DNA from: Acidimicrobiia bacterium
GTDB taxonomy: Bacteria; Actinomycetota; Acidimicrobiia; Spongiisociales; UBA5794
Direction: 5' to 3'
Assembly: GCA_030066755.1 (NCBI GenBank)
Contig: JASJAX010000045.1
Span: forward strand, 1-60,367
DNA length: 60,367 nucleotides
Shown: positions 24,489 through 32,715 of the stretch, piece after piece
How the letters are laid out: every line of letters begins with the position of its first letter
Position numbering within the stretch: position 1 is the stretch's first letter
Position numbers and translations under genes: made by a program
The notes under the pieces: model-generated
Told to the model about the DNA's origin: nothing
The model's database searches: none
What the model saw: the letters and a program-made list of their open reading frames with translations, nothing else

Positions 24489-27203
24489 TCGGCCTGGGAT
24501 GTCCTTCCGGCTCGGGAGGAACACACCCGTCACCGGACGGATCTTGATCCGAGCGTCGACGACGACGGCACCCTTGCCCGGGGGCAACACCTTCACCGGG
24601 TTCAGGTCGATCTCGGCGATCTCGGTGACGTGCTCCACCAGCACGGACAGCCGCAGCAGCAGTTCCTGAATCGCGTCGAGATCGCCGCCGGCCCCTCCTC
24701 GATAGCCCTCTAGCAGCTTCGCCGACTTCACCTCGGAGAGCATCTCCTTGGCATCGACGTCGGTCAGCGGATTGATCCGGAACGAGACGTCCTGCATCAG
24801 CTCGACGAAGATGCCTCCGAGCCCGAAGACGATCAGCGGGCCGAAGAGCGGATCCTCCGTCATGCCGACGATGACTTCGTGCCCTTCGCCGACGAACTCC
24901 TGGACGAGGACGCCTTCGACGTCGTCGACGGCGCCGATCACCTGGCGGTACGCCTCGCGGATTCCCGGTTCGCCGAGCACGCCGAGGGCCACCCCGCCGA
25001 CGTCGGACTTGTGGAGCGCCGATGGAGCGATCACCTTTAGCGCGAGGGGACCGCCGATCTCCTCACCGGCGGCGACGGCTTCGTCCTCGGTGTGGACGAC
25101 TCGCTCTCGAGCCACCGGGATGCCATACGCGCCGAGGATGGCCTTGATCTCATCCGAATTCAGCCAGCCGCCGTCCGTTCCGAGACGCCGCAACGACGAG
25201 CGGACCGCCGTGCGGGCCGCCTCGCGATCGATGTCGTCGAACGCGGGGAACGCACCTTCCTCTTTCTCCCGCCACTCGCGGTACTGCACCGCCGATGCGA
25301 GCGCGCGGGCGGCCGACTCCGGGTAGGTGAAGACGGGGAGGCGGGAATCGGCCGGGCCCTCCGGCACCTTGGCCGATGAGCCCATGAACACGCCGATGGC
25401 CGTCTTCTCGCCGCCGTACTCAGCCACGGCGCTGCGGATCGAGGCGACGATCTCCTCGGTGCCTTCGGGGGCGGTCGGGATGTAGATGGCGATCACCGCG
25501 TCGACCTCGTCGGACTGGAGCAGCAGCTTCAGGCACTCGCGATACTCGTCCGGCCCCGCCGAGGCGATCATGTCCACCGGGTTGTGAGGAGCCGCCATGC
25601 CGGACAGATGCTCCTTGATCTGGGCTTGGAGCTCGTCGGAGAACACCGGCAGCTCGAGATCCTGCCCTTCGATGGCGTCGGCGGCGAGGATGCCCGGTCC
25701 GCCGGCATTGGTGAGCACCGCAACGCGTCGCCCGTGGGGGAGCGGCTGGTTGGCGAGCAGTGTGGTGACCTCGAACAACTGGTGCAGCGTGTTCGTCCGG
25801 ATCACGCCCGACCGCCGGAAGAGTGCATCGACCGCGACGTCGAGGCTCGCCAGCGACCCGGTGTGCGATGCCGCCGCCCGGGCGCCGGCCGACGATCGCC
25901 CGGCCTTCACGACCACCACGGGCTTCTTCTTGCTCACCCGCCGGGCGAGGCGGCCAAACCGACGCGGGTTCCCGAAGGACTCCATGTAGAGCAGGATCAC
26001 GTCGCTCGCCGGATCGTCCTCCCAATAGAGGAGGAGGTCGTTGGCGCTGACGTCGGCGCGGTTGCCGAGCGACACGAACGTCGAGATCCCGATGCCGAGC
26101 TCGGCGGCCTGCTCCAGGATGGCGAGGCCGAGGGCGCCCGATTGGCTCGACATGGCCACGTTGCCGTGGGGAGGGAAGGTCGGGCCGAACTGCGCATCAA
26201 GCGAGATGTTGGGGTCGGAATTGAGGACTCCCATGCAGTTGGGGCCCACCATCCGCATCCCGTAGCGTCGTGCCGACGTGACGATGGCTTGCTCGAGCTC
26301 AGCCTCGCCGACTTCGCTGAACCCGGCTGAGATGACGACGACGCCCTTGACGCCCTTCTTGCCGCACTCGTCGATCGCCTGCTTGACGTGCTGCGACGGC
26401 ACCACGACGAGCGCGAGATCGACGGGTCCGGGGATGTCCAAGACTGAGGGATACGCCGCGATGGAGTGAACGAACGGCGCACCCGGGTTGACGGGGTAGA
26501 CGGTGCCGGTGAAGTCGCCCATCAGGATGTTCTTGAAGAGCCGGCCGCCGATGGACTTCGGGTTGCGTGAGGCACCGATCACGGCCACCGATGTCGGATA
26601 GAGCACGGGCATGAGCGAGGCCGTGACGGCGCGCTTCTCATGCTCCCACTCGGCTTCGCGGGCCTCGACCGAGTAGTCGATCGGGAACTCGACGCGGAAG
26701 ATGCCTTCGTCGAGTTGGCGGGTGAGTCGGTAGCCCGAATCACGGAAGAGCCGCATCATGGCGACGTTCTCCGCCAGCACATACGCCTCGAACTCCGTGA
26801 TGCCGCGGCTGCGGGCGTACACGGTGAGGTGTTGGAGCAGATGGCGACCGATACCGCGACCCTGGAAGGCGTCCTCGACGAGGAACGCAACTTCGGCGAC
26901 TTTGTTGTCGTCGTCGGACTGTTCGTCGAGCACGTCGTAGCGACCAACGGCGACCATCTCGTCGCCGACCGTGGCGATCAACGCCATCCGGTTGTCGTAG
27001 TCGAGCGTTGTGAAGTGCTTCAGCTCCTCCGGGCTGAGGTCCAGCTTCATCCCGAAGAAGCGGTGATATACGGACTCCGGGCCGACCCGCTGGAAGAACC
27101 GGTGCTCGCGCTCGGCGTCGTCGGGTCGGATGGGGCGGATGTGGAGTGCTTGCCCGTTCTTCAGGAGAACGTCGAACTCGAACTCGGTGGGGTATTCAGC
27201 CAT
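24480..27203 (-). CDS. Pat-like protein acetyltransferase: N-terminal GNAT fused to an NDP-forming acyl-CoA synthetase-like region (CoA-binding, ligase-CoA, ATP-grasp)
   Basis: I place the start at ATG 27203 (MAEYPTEFEF...). The GNAT motif is QGRGIGRHLL. The CoA-binding motif is VAVIGASRNPKSIGG. The C-terminus is an ATP-grasp domain. The rest of the 1303-aa ORF is antisense shadow over proC and the proline dehydrogenase gene. Confidence 0.85.
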   Translation of the reverse strand: MAEYPTEFEFDVLLKNGQALHIRPIRPDDAEREHRFFQRVGPESVYHRFFGMKLDLSPEELKHFTTLDYDNRMALIATVGDEMVAVGRYDVLDEQSDDDNKVAEVAFLVEDAFQGRGIGRHLLQHLTVYARSRGITEFEAYVLAENVAMMRLFRDSGYRLTRQLDEGIFRVEFPIDYSVEAREAEWEHEKRAVTASLMPVLYPTSVAVIGASRNPKSIGGRLFKNILMGDFTGTVYPVNPGAPFVHSIAAYPSVLDIPGPVDLALVVVPSQHVKQAIDECGKKGVKGVVVISAGFSEVGEAELEQAIVTSARRYGMRMVGPNCMGVLNSDPNISLDAQFGPTFPPHGNVAMSSQSGALGLAILEQAAELGIGISTFVSLGNRADVSANDLLLYWEDDPASDVILLYMESFGNPRRFGRLARRVSKKKPVVVVKAGRSSAGARAAASHTGSLASLDVAVDALFRRSGVIRTNTLHQLFEVTTLLANQPLPHGRRVAVLTNAGGPGILAADAIEGQDLELPVFSDELQAQIKEHLSGMAAPHNPVDMIASAGPDEYRECLKLLLQSDEVDAVIAIYIPTAPEGTEEIVASIRSAVAEYGGEKTAIGVFMGSSAKVPEGPADSRLPVFTYPESAARALASAVQYREWREKEEGAFPAFDDIDREAARTAVRSSLRRLGTDGGWLNSDEIKAILGAYGIPVARERVVHTEDEAVAAGEEIGGPLALKVIAPSALHKSDVGGVALGVLGEPGIREAYRQVIGAVDDVEGVLVQEFVGEGHEVIVGMTEDPLFGPLIVFGLGGIFVELMQDVSFRINPLTDVDAKEMLSEVKSAKLLEGYRGGAGGDLDAIQELLLRLSVLVEHVTEIAEIDLNPVKVLPPGKGAVVVDARIKIRPVTGVFLPSRKDIPGRML

Positions 27204-27269
27204 GGCTCCTCGGCTCAGATCTGTCGCCACAAAACATATCGGTGTCCACCCATTCTCCCAAGGTGGGAC

Positions 27270-27340
27270 CAAGTCCCAAGTCTCGAGTCGCAAGTCCCAA
27301 GTAGCAGGTCTCAGGTCGCAGGTCGCAAGTCCCAGGTCCC
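27270..27340. repeat. Heptanucleotide tandem repeat, 10 units (CARGTNN)
   Basis: The units are CAAGTCC CAAGTCT CGAGTCG CAAGTCC CAAGTAG CAGGTCT CAGGTCG CAGGTCG CAAGTCC CAGGTCC. The array lies in the divergent Pat/proC intergenic region. Confidence 0.8.
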
Positions 27341-27389
27341 GGATGAGCCACGAGGCGGTCCTGGACGGGGCTCCCTCTATCATCTGCTC

Positions 27390-28220
27390 ATGCGACCGAC
27401 CGTTGCCATTCTCGGAGCCGGCTCGATGGGCCAGATCCTCGCCGAAGGACTCGTGCGCGCCGGCTGGGATCCCGGCGAGTTGATCCTGGCTGCCCGTCGG
27501 AAGGAGCGGGCCATCGAGGCTGAGCGACTCACCGCCGTGACCTGCGTGCTCGATGCGGCCGAGGCGGCAGCAGGGCGAGAGGTCGTCGTCATCGCCGTCA
27601 AGCCGAAGGACATGGCGGGTCTCCTTGGGCAGGTGGCTGAGGTCATCAATCCTGACCAAGTGGTCGTGAGCCTCGCTGCCGGCGTGCCACTGATGGCCAT
27701 CGAGGCTGCGCTTCCGGGCGTCCCCGTCGTGCGGTCGATGCCGAACACCCCGGCGGCCGTCGACGAGGGGATGACGGCGTACTGCCTCGGTGGAGCGGCC
27801 GACGAGGTCGCCGGAGACAAGGCGGCAGCGGTGCTCGCCGCCGTCGGCGAGACGATCGAGCTCAGCGAAGACCTCCTCGACGCCGTCACCGCCGTTTCGG
27901 GCACCGGACCGGCCTACATCTTCCTGCTCGCCGAAGCCTTGACCGAGGCCGCGATCCGAGAAGGTCTGCCGCACCATGCCGCCGAGCGCCTCGTCGATCA
28001 AACGGTGCGCGGCGCCGGCATCCTGCTCCAGTCCTCGGAGAAGAGCGCATTCCGCCTCCGGGCCGAAGTGACGTCCCCGGGCGGAACCACCGCTGCGGCG
28101 ATGCACACGCTCGAGAACGGTGGGTTCCGGGCTCTGCTCGAAGATGCGGTTCGTTCGGCGACGCAGCGGTCGCAGGAACTCGGCCGCGCCGCTGTCGAGG
28201 CCTCCAGCGAGGACCGCTGA
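27390..28220 (+). CDS. proC: Pyrroline-5-carboxylate reductase
   Basis: The start is at ATG 27390. The Rossmann motif is ILGAGSMGQIL. MPNTPAAV and SPGGTT motifs are present. Confidence 0.85.
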   Translation: MRPTVAILGAGSMGQILAEGLVRAGWDPGELILAARRKERAIEAERLTAVTCVLDAAEAAAGREVVVIAVKPKDMAGLLGQVAEVINPDQVVVSLAAGVPLMAIEAALPGVPVVRSMPNTPAAVDEGMTAYCLGGAADEVAGDKAAAVLAAVGETIELSEDLLDAVTAVSGTGPAYIFLLAEALTEAAIREGLPHHAAERLVDQTVRGAGILLQSSEKSAFRLRAEVTSPGGTTAAAMHTLENGGFRALLEDAVRSATQRSQELGRAAVEASSEDR

Positions 28221-28221
28221 G

Positions 28222-29136
28222 GTGACAACGGCGCTCGGGCGGACGGTCCTCGCGTTCACCGGGCATCCCCAGATCCAGCGGCTCTTCACCGAGACGAAGG
28301 CAGGGCGCGCCCTCTCCACCCGGTTTGTCGCCGGCGAAACCATCGATGATGCGATTCGTGTCGCTCGAGACCTCAATGCCACGGGCGCCACGGTGTCACT
28401 CGATCACCTCGGGGAGCACGTCTCCGAGCGTGACCAAGCCGTGGCTGCCCGCGACGATTACCTGGCCTGCCTGGACGAGATCGCGGCTGCAGGGATCGAG
28501 GGCAACATCTCGATCAAGCTGACCCAACTCGGGCTCGGTACCGACGACGAGCTGGCAACGGCGTCGCTCGGGGCACTGGCGGAGCGGGCTGCCCGCGTTG
28601 GGACTTCGGTCACGGTGGACATGGAAGAGAGCACCCACACCGAGATGACGATCGGCATCTTCGAGAAGGTCCAGGCCGAGTTCGGCAACCTCGGTGTTGC
28701 GATCCAGTCGTATCTCCGGAGGACGCCGGCCGATCTACAGCGTCTCGAAGCAGCGGGTGGGCACGTGCGGCTTTGCAAGGGTGCGTACGCCGAACCTCCC
28801 GACCTCGCACTGCAGTCGAAGGCCGACGTCAACGGGGCGTTCGATGCGCTGCTCGGCCGACTCATGGCATCGGAGCGGCTCACACCGGCGATCGCCACTC
28901 ACGACGCAACCCGAATCGGACTCGCTCAGCTGCTCGGTGCCGATCGCCACTCGCATTGGGAATTCCAGATGCTCTACGGGGTGCGGACGAAGCTGCAATC
29001 CCAGCTGCTGGGTGACGGCTACCGCCTCCGCATCTACGTTCCGTACGGCCAGGCCTGGTATCCGTATCTGACCCGGCGCCTGGCTGAACGTCCTGCCAAC
29101 CTCTGGTTCTTCCTGCGGGCCTTGCTGGGCCGGTAG
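28222..29136 (+). CDS. Proline dehydrogenase (monofunctional PRODH)
   Basis: The GTG start lies 1 nt after the proC stop. The PRODH TIM-barrel pattern is present (VSLDHLGE ... ISIKLTQLG ... VRLCKGAY ... ATHD ... EFQMLYG). Confidence 0.8.
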   Translation: MTTALGRTVLAFTGHPQIQRLFTETKAGRALSTRFVAGETIDDAIRVARDLNATGATVSLDHLGEHVSERDQAVAARDDYLACLDEIAAAGIEGNISIKLTQLGLGTDDELATASLGALAERAARVGTSVTVDMEESTHTEMTIGIFEKVQAEFGNLGVAIQSYLRRTPADLQRLEAAGGHVRLCKGAYAEPPDLALQSKADVNGAFDALLGRLMASERLTPAIATHDATRIGLAQLLGADRHSHWEFQMLYGVRTKLQSQLLGDGYRLRIYVPYGQAWYPYLTRRLAERPANLWFFLRALLGR

Positions 29137-29242
29137 CGAGCGTTCGAGGACGGGGCGACGCTCTCGTCATTCGGGTTCTGTCTTGAGACAATGTGGGGTG
29201 TCGACCCGTCTGGTCGACTCGCGGCGACGCTGAGGTGGTTCG

Positions 29243-29569
29243 ATGACCACGCTGCACGTGATCTGGCTGAGTGTCGGTGTCGGCGTGGTGTCGCTGATCC
29301 TGGTGGCGTGGCTGAAGGGCGCGTTCCAGATCGCGTTCCGGCTCCTCCGTGAGTTGACCCAGCGGTTCTCGCACGAGGGTGGCGAACCATGGACCATTGC
29401 GGTCGCGGCCGAGCCGTTTGTTGCTCCCTTTGCCGCCTTCTTCGCCGCTGCATTCGGAGTTGCGCACCCCGCATCGCGCTGGGCGCGTTGGTTCTACGGA
29501 GAGCGGCGAATGGCCGAGGCTCGAGCACGGTATCCGCACGACACGTCGCCGGCGGTCCCGACCGACTGA
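29243..29569 (+). CDS. Small membrane protein (108 aa)
   Basis: There are two hydrophobic segments and good GC3 bias. I recognise no family. Confidence 0.45.
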   Translation: MTTLHVIWLSVGVGVVSLILVAWLKGAFQIAFRLLRELTQRFSHEGGEPWTIAVAAEPFVAPFAAFFAAAFGVAHPASRWARWFYGERRMAEARARYPHDTSPAVPTD

Positions 29570-29665
29570 TCGCGCACGCCTCAGCCCTCTCGAGCGGACC
29601 TGGCTAATTATGGGTCAAGGTGCTCGGGCTTCGCGCCGATTGCGCACCAGCAGGGGATCGGCACC

Positions 29666-30691
29666 ATGATCGAAGCACCACAACCACTGACCGAAGCTGC
29701 TCGGCTTGCCGCGTTGCGGACGTACGAGATTCTCGACACGTCCCCGGAGCAGGCGTACGACGACATCACCTTCCTTGCGTCGCAGATCTGCGATACGCCG
29801 ATTGCGCTCGTGAGCCTCGTCGACACCGACCGGCAGTGGTTCAAGTCACGGATTGGGCTCGACGCCACAGGAACGGATCGAAGCGTTGCGTTCTGTGCGC
29901 ATGCGATCCTCGATCCGAGCGAAGTGTTCGTTGTCGACGACGCAACCGAGGATGAGCGGTTCGCCGACAACCCGCTCGTCGCCGGTGATCCCGAGATCCG
30001 CTTCTACGCCGGGGCGCCGATCACGACTTCCGAGGGGCATGCCCTCGGAACGTTGTGCGTCATCGACACGAAGCCGCGCCGGCTCGGCCCGGATGAAGCC
30101 CGTGCGCTCCAGGCGCTGTCGCGCCAGGTGATGACGCAGTTGGAGTTACGGCGGGTCGTAGCCGAACTCGAGGCGCGTCACACCGAGTTGGAGGCGAGCC
30201 ACTCCGAGTTGGCTCACCTCAGCATGACCGATCCGTTGACTTCGCTCGTCAATCGGCGGGCGCTGATGGCGTTCCTCCATGCTGAACTCGAACGCCACAA
30301 GCGGTACGGGCACGACCTTGCAGTGGCGCTCATCGATCTCGACGACTTCAAGCCGTACAACGACGCCCACGGTCACGTGGCCGGCGACGAGGCGCTGGAG
30401 GCGATCTCACGCACGCTGCTGAATGTGAGTCGCCGGACCGACATCGCTGCGCGATACGGGGGCGACGAACTCATGCTCGTGCTGCCCGACACCAATCGGC
30501 ACGGCGCCGTTCAGATCGCAGAACGCTTCCGCACTGAGGTCGCAGGGCTTGCATGGCCGAAGGGCCGGATCACCGTGAGCGTCGGTGTCGCCGAGGCAAA
30601 CGAGAACACGCCGACACCCGAGTCGTTGATCGAAGCGGCCGACGCAGCGCTCTATCAGGCCAAGGCCAGCGGCCGAAACCGGGTGGCCTGA
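29666..30691 (+). CDS. GAF-domain diguanylate cyclase (GGDEF)
   Basis: The N-terminal GAF pattern includes FCAHAI and FYAGAP. A coiled linker follows. The GGDEF domain has the active-site motif RYGGDELML. Confidence 0.85.
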   Translation: MIEAPQPLTEAARLAALRTYEILDTSPEQAYDDITFLASQICDTPIALVSLVDTDRQWFKSRIGLDATGTDRSVAFCAHAILDPSEVFVVDDATEDERFADNPLVAGDPEIRFYAGAPITTSEGHALGTLCVIDTKPRRLGPDEARALQALSRQVMTQLELRRVVAELEARHTELEASHSELAHLSMTDPLTSLVNRRALMAFLHAELERHKRYGHDLAVALIDLDDFKPYNDAHGHVAGDEALEAISRTLLNVSRRTDIAARYGGDELMLVLPDTNRHGAVQIAERFRTEVAGLAWPKGRITVSVGVAEANENTPTPESLIEAADAALYQAKASGRNRVA

Positions 30692-30727
30692 CGCCGGCGA
30701 GACTCAGCGCTCGGTCATGATCCTCGT

Positions 30728-32563
30728 CTAGCCGGACTCGGCATCCAGAGCCGTGGCGATCCGACGGTGCGCCTCCCAGATGGCGTCGGGAAGTCCGTCG
30801 AACTGCTCGAGGTGCTCCTGCCGGTGCACCATCTCCTGACGCCAGCGTTCCACGTCGATCGTGAGCAGCTGGTCGAGGTCGTCCTGATCGATGTCGAGTC
30901 CGGTCAGGTCGAGCTCGTCCTGCGTCGGGACGATGCCGACCGGCGTCTGGCGCCCGGTCACCAAGCCGTTCTTGAGCTGCATCATCCACACCAGGGCACG
31001 GAGATTCTCCCGGAAGCCGGGCCAGATGAACCGACCGTCGTCGTCACGTTGGAACCAGTTGACGTGGGCGAACATCGGCGGTTCAGCGGCCGCGCCGACG
31101 ACCTCGAGCCAGTGGGCGCCGTACGGACCTTCCGGATAGGAGATGAATGGCCGCAGGGACATGGGGTCGTAGCGGAGCTGACCTTCGACTCCCTCAGCGG
31201 CGAAGGTCGCTTCCGCACCCAGCGTAAGGCCGTCGTAGACGCCCTCGGCGACATCGGTCATCGCCCTTACCAACGGCTCCCGGTCGCGGGTCCTGCCGCC
31301 GAAGATGATTCCGTCGATGGGCACGCCCTCGGGAGCGTTGAAGTCCTCGGCGACGTTGGGGACATTCGCGAGGGATGTCGTGAATCGGCTGTTCGGATGC
31401 GCCCACGGGTCGTCGGCCTCATCCGGGCCACGATCTGCGATGACGCGACCCTTCCAGTCGCGCCATCCGGTGAGGTCCTCGGGGGGATCATCGGTGCGTC
31501 CCTCCCACCAGATTTCGCCGGTGTCGTGGTTGTAGGCGACGTTGGTGAACAGGGTTCGGGTGCCGGGAGCGATGGCCACCACAGCGGTGGGGTTGGTGTC
31601 CTCGTTGGTGTCCTTGCAGACGCCGAACACGCCGTACTCGGGATTCATGGCGCGCAGCACGCCCTCGTCGTCGACCCAGAGCCAGGCGATGTCGTCACCG
31701 AAGAACTCCACTTCATACCGGTCGCCGATGGCGTCCGGAGCGAGAGTCATGGCGAGGTTGGTCTTGCCGGAGGCACTCGGGAACCCGCCGCAGATGTGAT
31801 ACACCTGCCCGGCCTCCTTGTCGGTGATCCGCATCAGCAGGAACTGCTCGCTGAGGAATCCCGACTTCCAGCCGTCGTAGACGGCCTGGCGGAGCCCGTG
31901 GGCGATCTTCCCGAGGAGCGCGTTGCCACCGTACGAGGAGCCGAAATGGAGGATTGTTCGCTCGTCCGGAATCGTGACGAAGTAACGCTTGTCTTCGGGT
32001 GTGCCCTGTCCGAGGTTCTCGAGGTCGCCGGTCACGTGAACGGCGCGAACGAAGAAGTCGGGATCGGCCAGCTTGTTGAAGAGGTCGACGCCGACACGCG
32101 CCATTCGGATCATGTGCAGGACCACGGTGCGGTGGTCCGTCAGCTGGACGCCGGCGCCGTACTTCTCGAGCGGAGCCCCGGGAGGTGCCATGAGGTACGG
32201 GATGACGTACATCGTCTTGCCCTCGTTGGCGCCCTTCATGTGACCTTCGACGACGGGTCGGATCTCCGAGGCGAGTCGCCAGTTGTTGTACTCACCGCGA
32301 TCCGCCGGATCGCTGGTGGCCACGATGGTGCGTTCTTCGGAGCGGGCGGTGTCCTTGTAGTAGCTGCGGGAGTAGTAGAGGCCATCGCCGGCGGGAAAGA
32401 TCTCGCCTGCTTCGATCGACTCTGCGATCAGCCGGGCATCGTCGGCGGCGTCGACCACCTCGATCCGGGCAGCCCCAGTGTGCTCTGCCCACCGTTGCAC
32501 GTGCTCTCGGACGGCAGGGTTCGTGAGTCCCGCCTCTTGCAACGCCGTCGCTACGTCGATCAT
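30728..32563 (-). CDS. pckG: Phosphoenolpyruvate carboxykinase (GTP)
   Basis: The start is at ATG 32563 (MIDVATAL...). The kinase-1a P-loop reads FPSASGKTNLAM. The length of 611 aa is typical. Confidence 0.9.
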   Translation of the reverse strand: MIDVATALQEAGLTNPAVREHVQRWAEHTGAARIEVVDAADDARLIAESIEAGEIFPAGDGLYYSRSYYKDTARSEERTIVATSDPADRGEYNNWRLASEIRPVVEGHMKGANEGKTMYVIPYLMAPPGAPLEKYGAGVQLTDHRTVVLHMIRMARVGVDLFNKLADPDFFVRAVHVTGDLENLGQGTPEDKRYFVTIPDERTILHFGSSYGGNALLGKIAHGLRQAVYDGWKSGFLSEQFLLMRITDKEAGQVYHICGGFPSASGKTNLAMTLAPDAIGDRYEVEFFGDDIAWLWVDDEGVLRAMNPEYGVFGVCKDTNEDTNPTAVVAIAPGTRTLFTNVAYNHDTGEIWWEGRTDDPPEDLTGWRDWKGRVIADRGPDEADDPWAHPNSRFTTSLANVPNVAEDFNAPEGVPIDGIIFGGRTRDREPLVRAMTDVAEGVYDGLTLGAEATFAAEGVEGQLRYDPMSLRPFISYPEGPYGAHWLEVVGAAAEPPMFAHVNWFQRDDDGRFIWPGFRENLRALVWMMQLKNGLVTGRQTPVGIVPTQDELDLTGLDIDQDDLDQLLTIDVERWRQEMVHRQEHLEQFDGLPDAIWEAHRRIATALDAESG

Positions 32564-32715
32564 GATCGGACAACACCCCTGCCGCTTGACCAATTGGGAC
32601 GAGGACATCGTAATCCGCAGGACTGCGTCCCAGCGAGGCGAACCACTGGGTGCGTTGACGTGGCGATCCGAGCAGCTGGGCGAGTCGCTCAGGCGGCCCC
32701 GGTAACCTGGCGCAC

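Noticed and set aside
27270-27340. The heptamer arrays as a CRISPR array or minisatellite-encoded peptide.
   Set aside because: The units are 7 bp with no spacers, so they are not CRISPR repeats. The frames through the arrays belong only to shadow ORFs, and no flanking coding signal supports a repeat protein.
27270-27340. The heptamer arrays as binding sites for the SARP domain of the giant regulator. SARPs bind heptameric direct repeats, and one unit here contains TCGAG.
   Set aside because: Known SARP sites are heptamers on an 11-bp helical period and overlap a -35 box. These arrays are contiguous 7-bp units with different consensus sequences, and none is adjacent to the regulator gene. 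I keep it only as a remote possibility.
24480-28391. The 1303-aa ORF read as one giant protein.
   Set aside because: Only the part downstream of ATG 27203 has GNAT and acyl-CoA synthetase motifs. The upstream 396 codons run antisense to proC and the proline dehydrogenase gene and cross the heptamer repeat array. They are a frame artefact.
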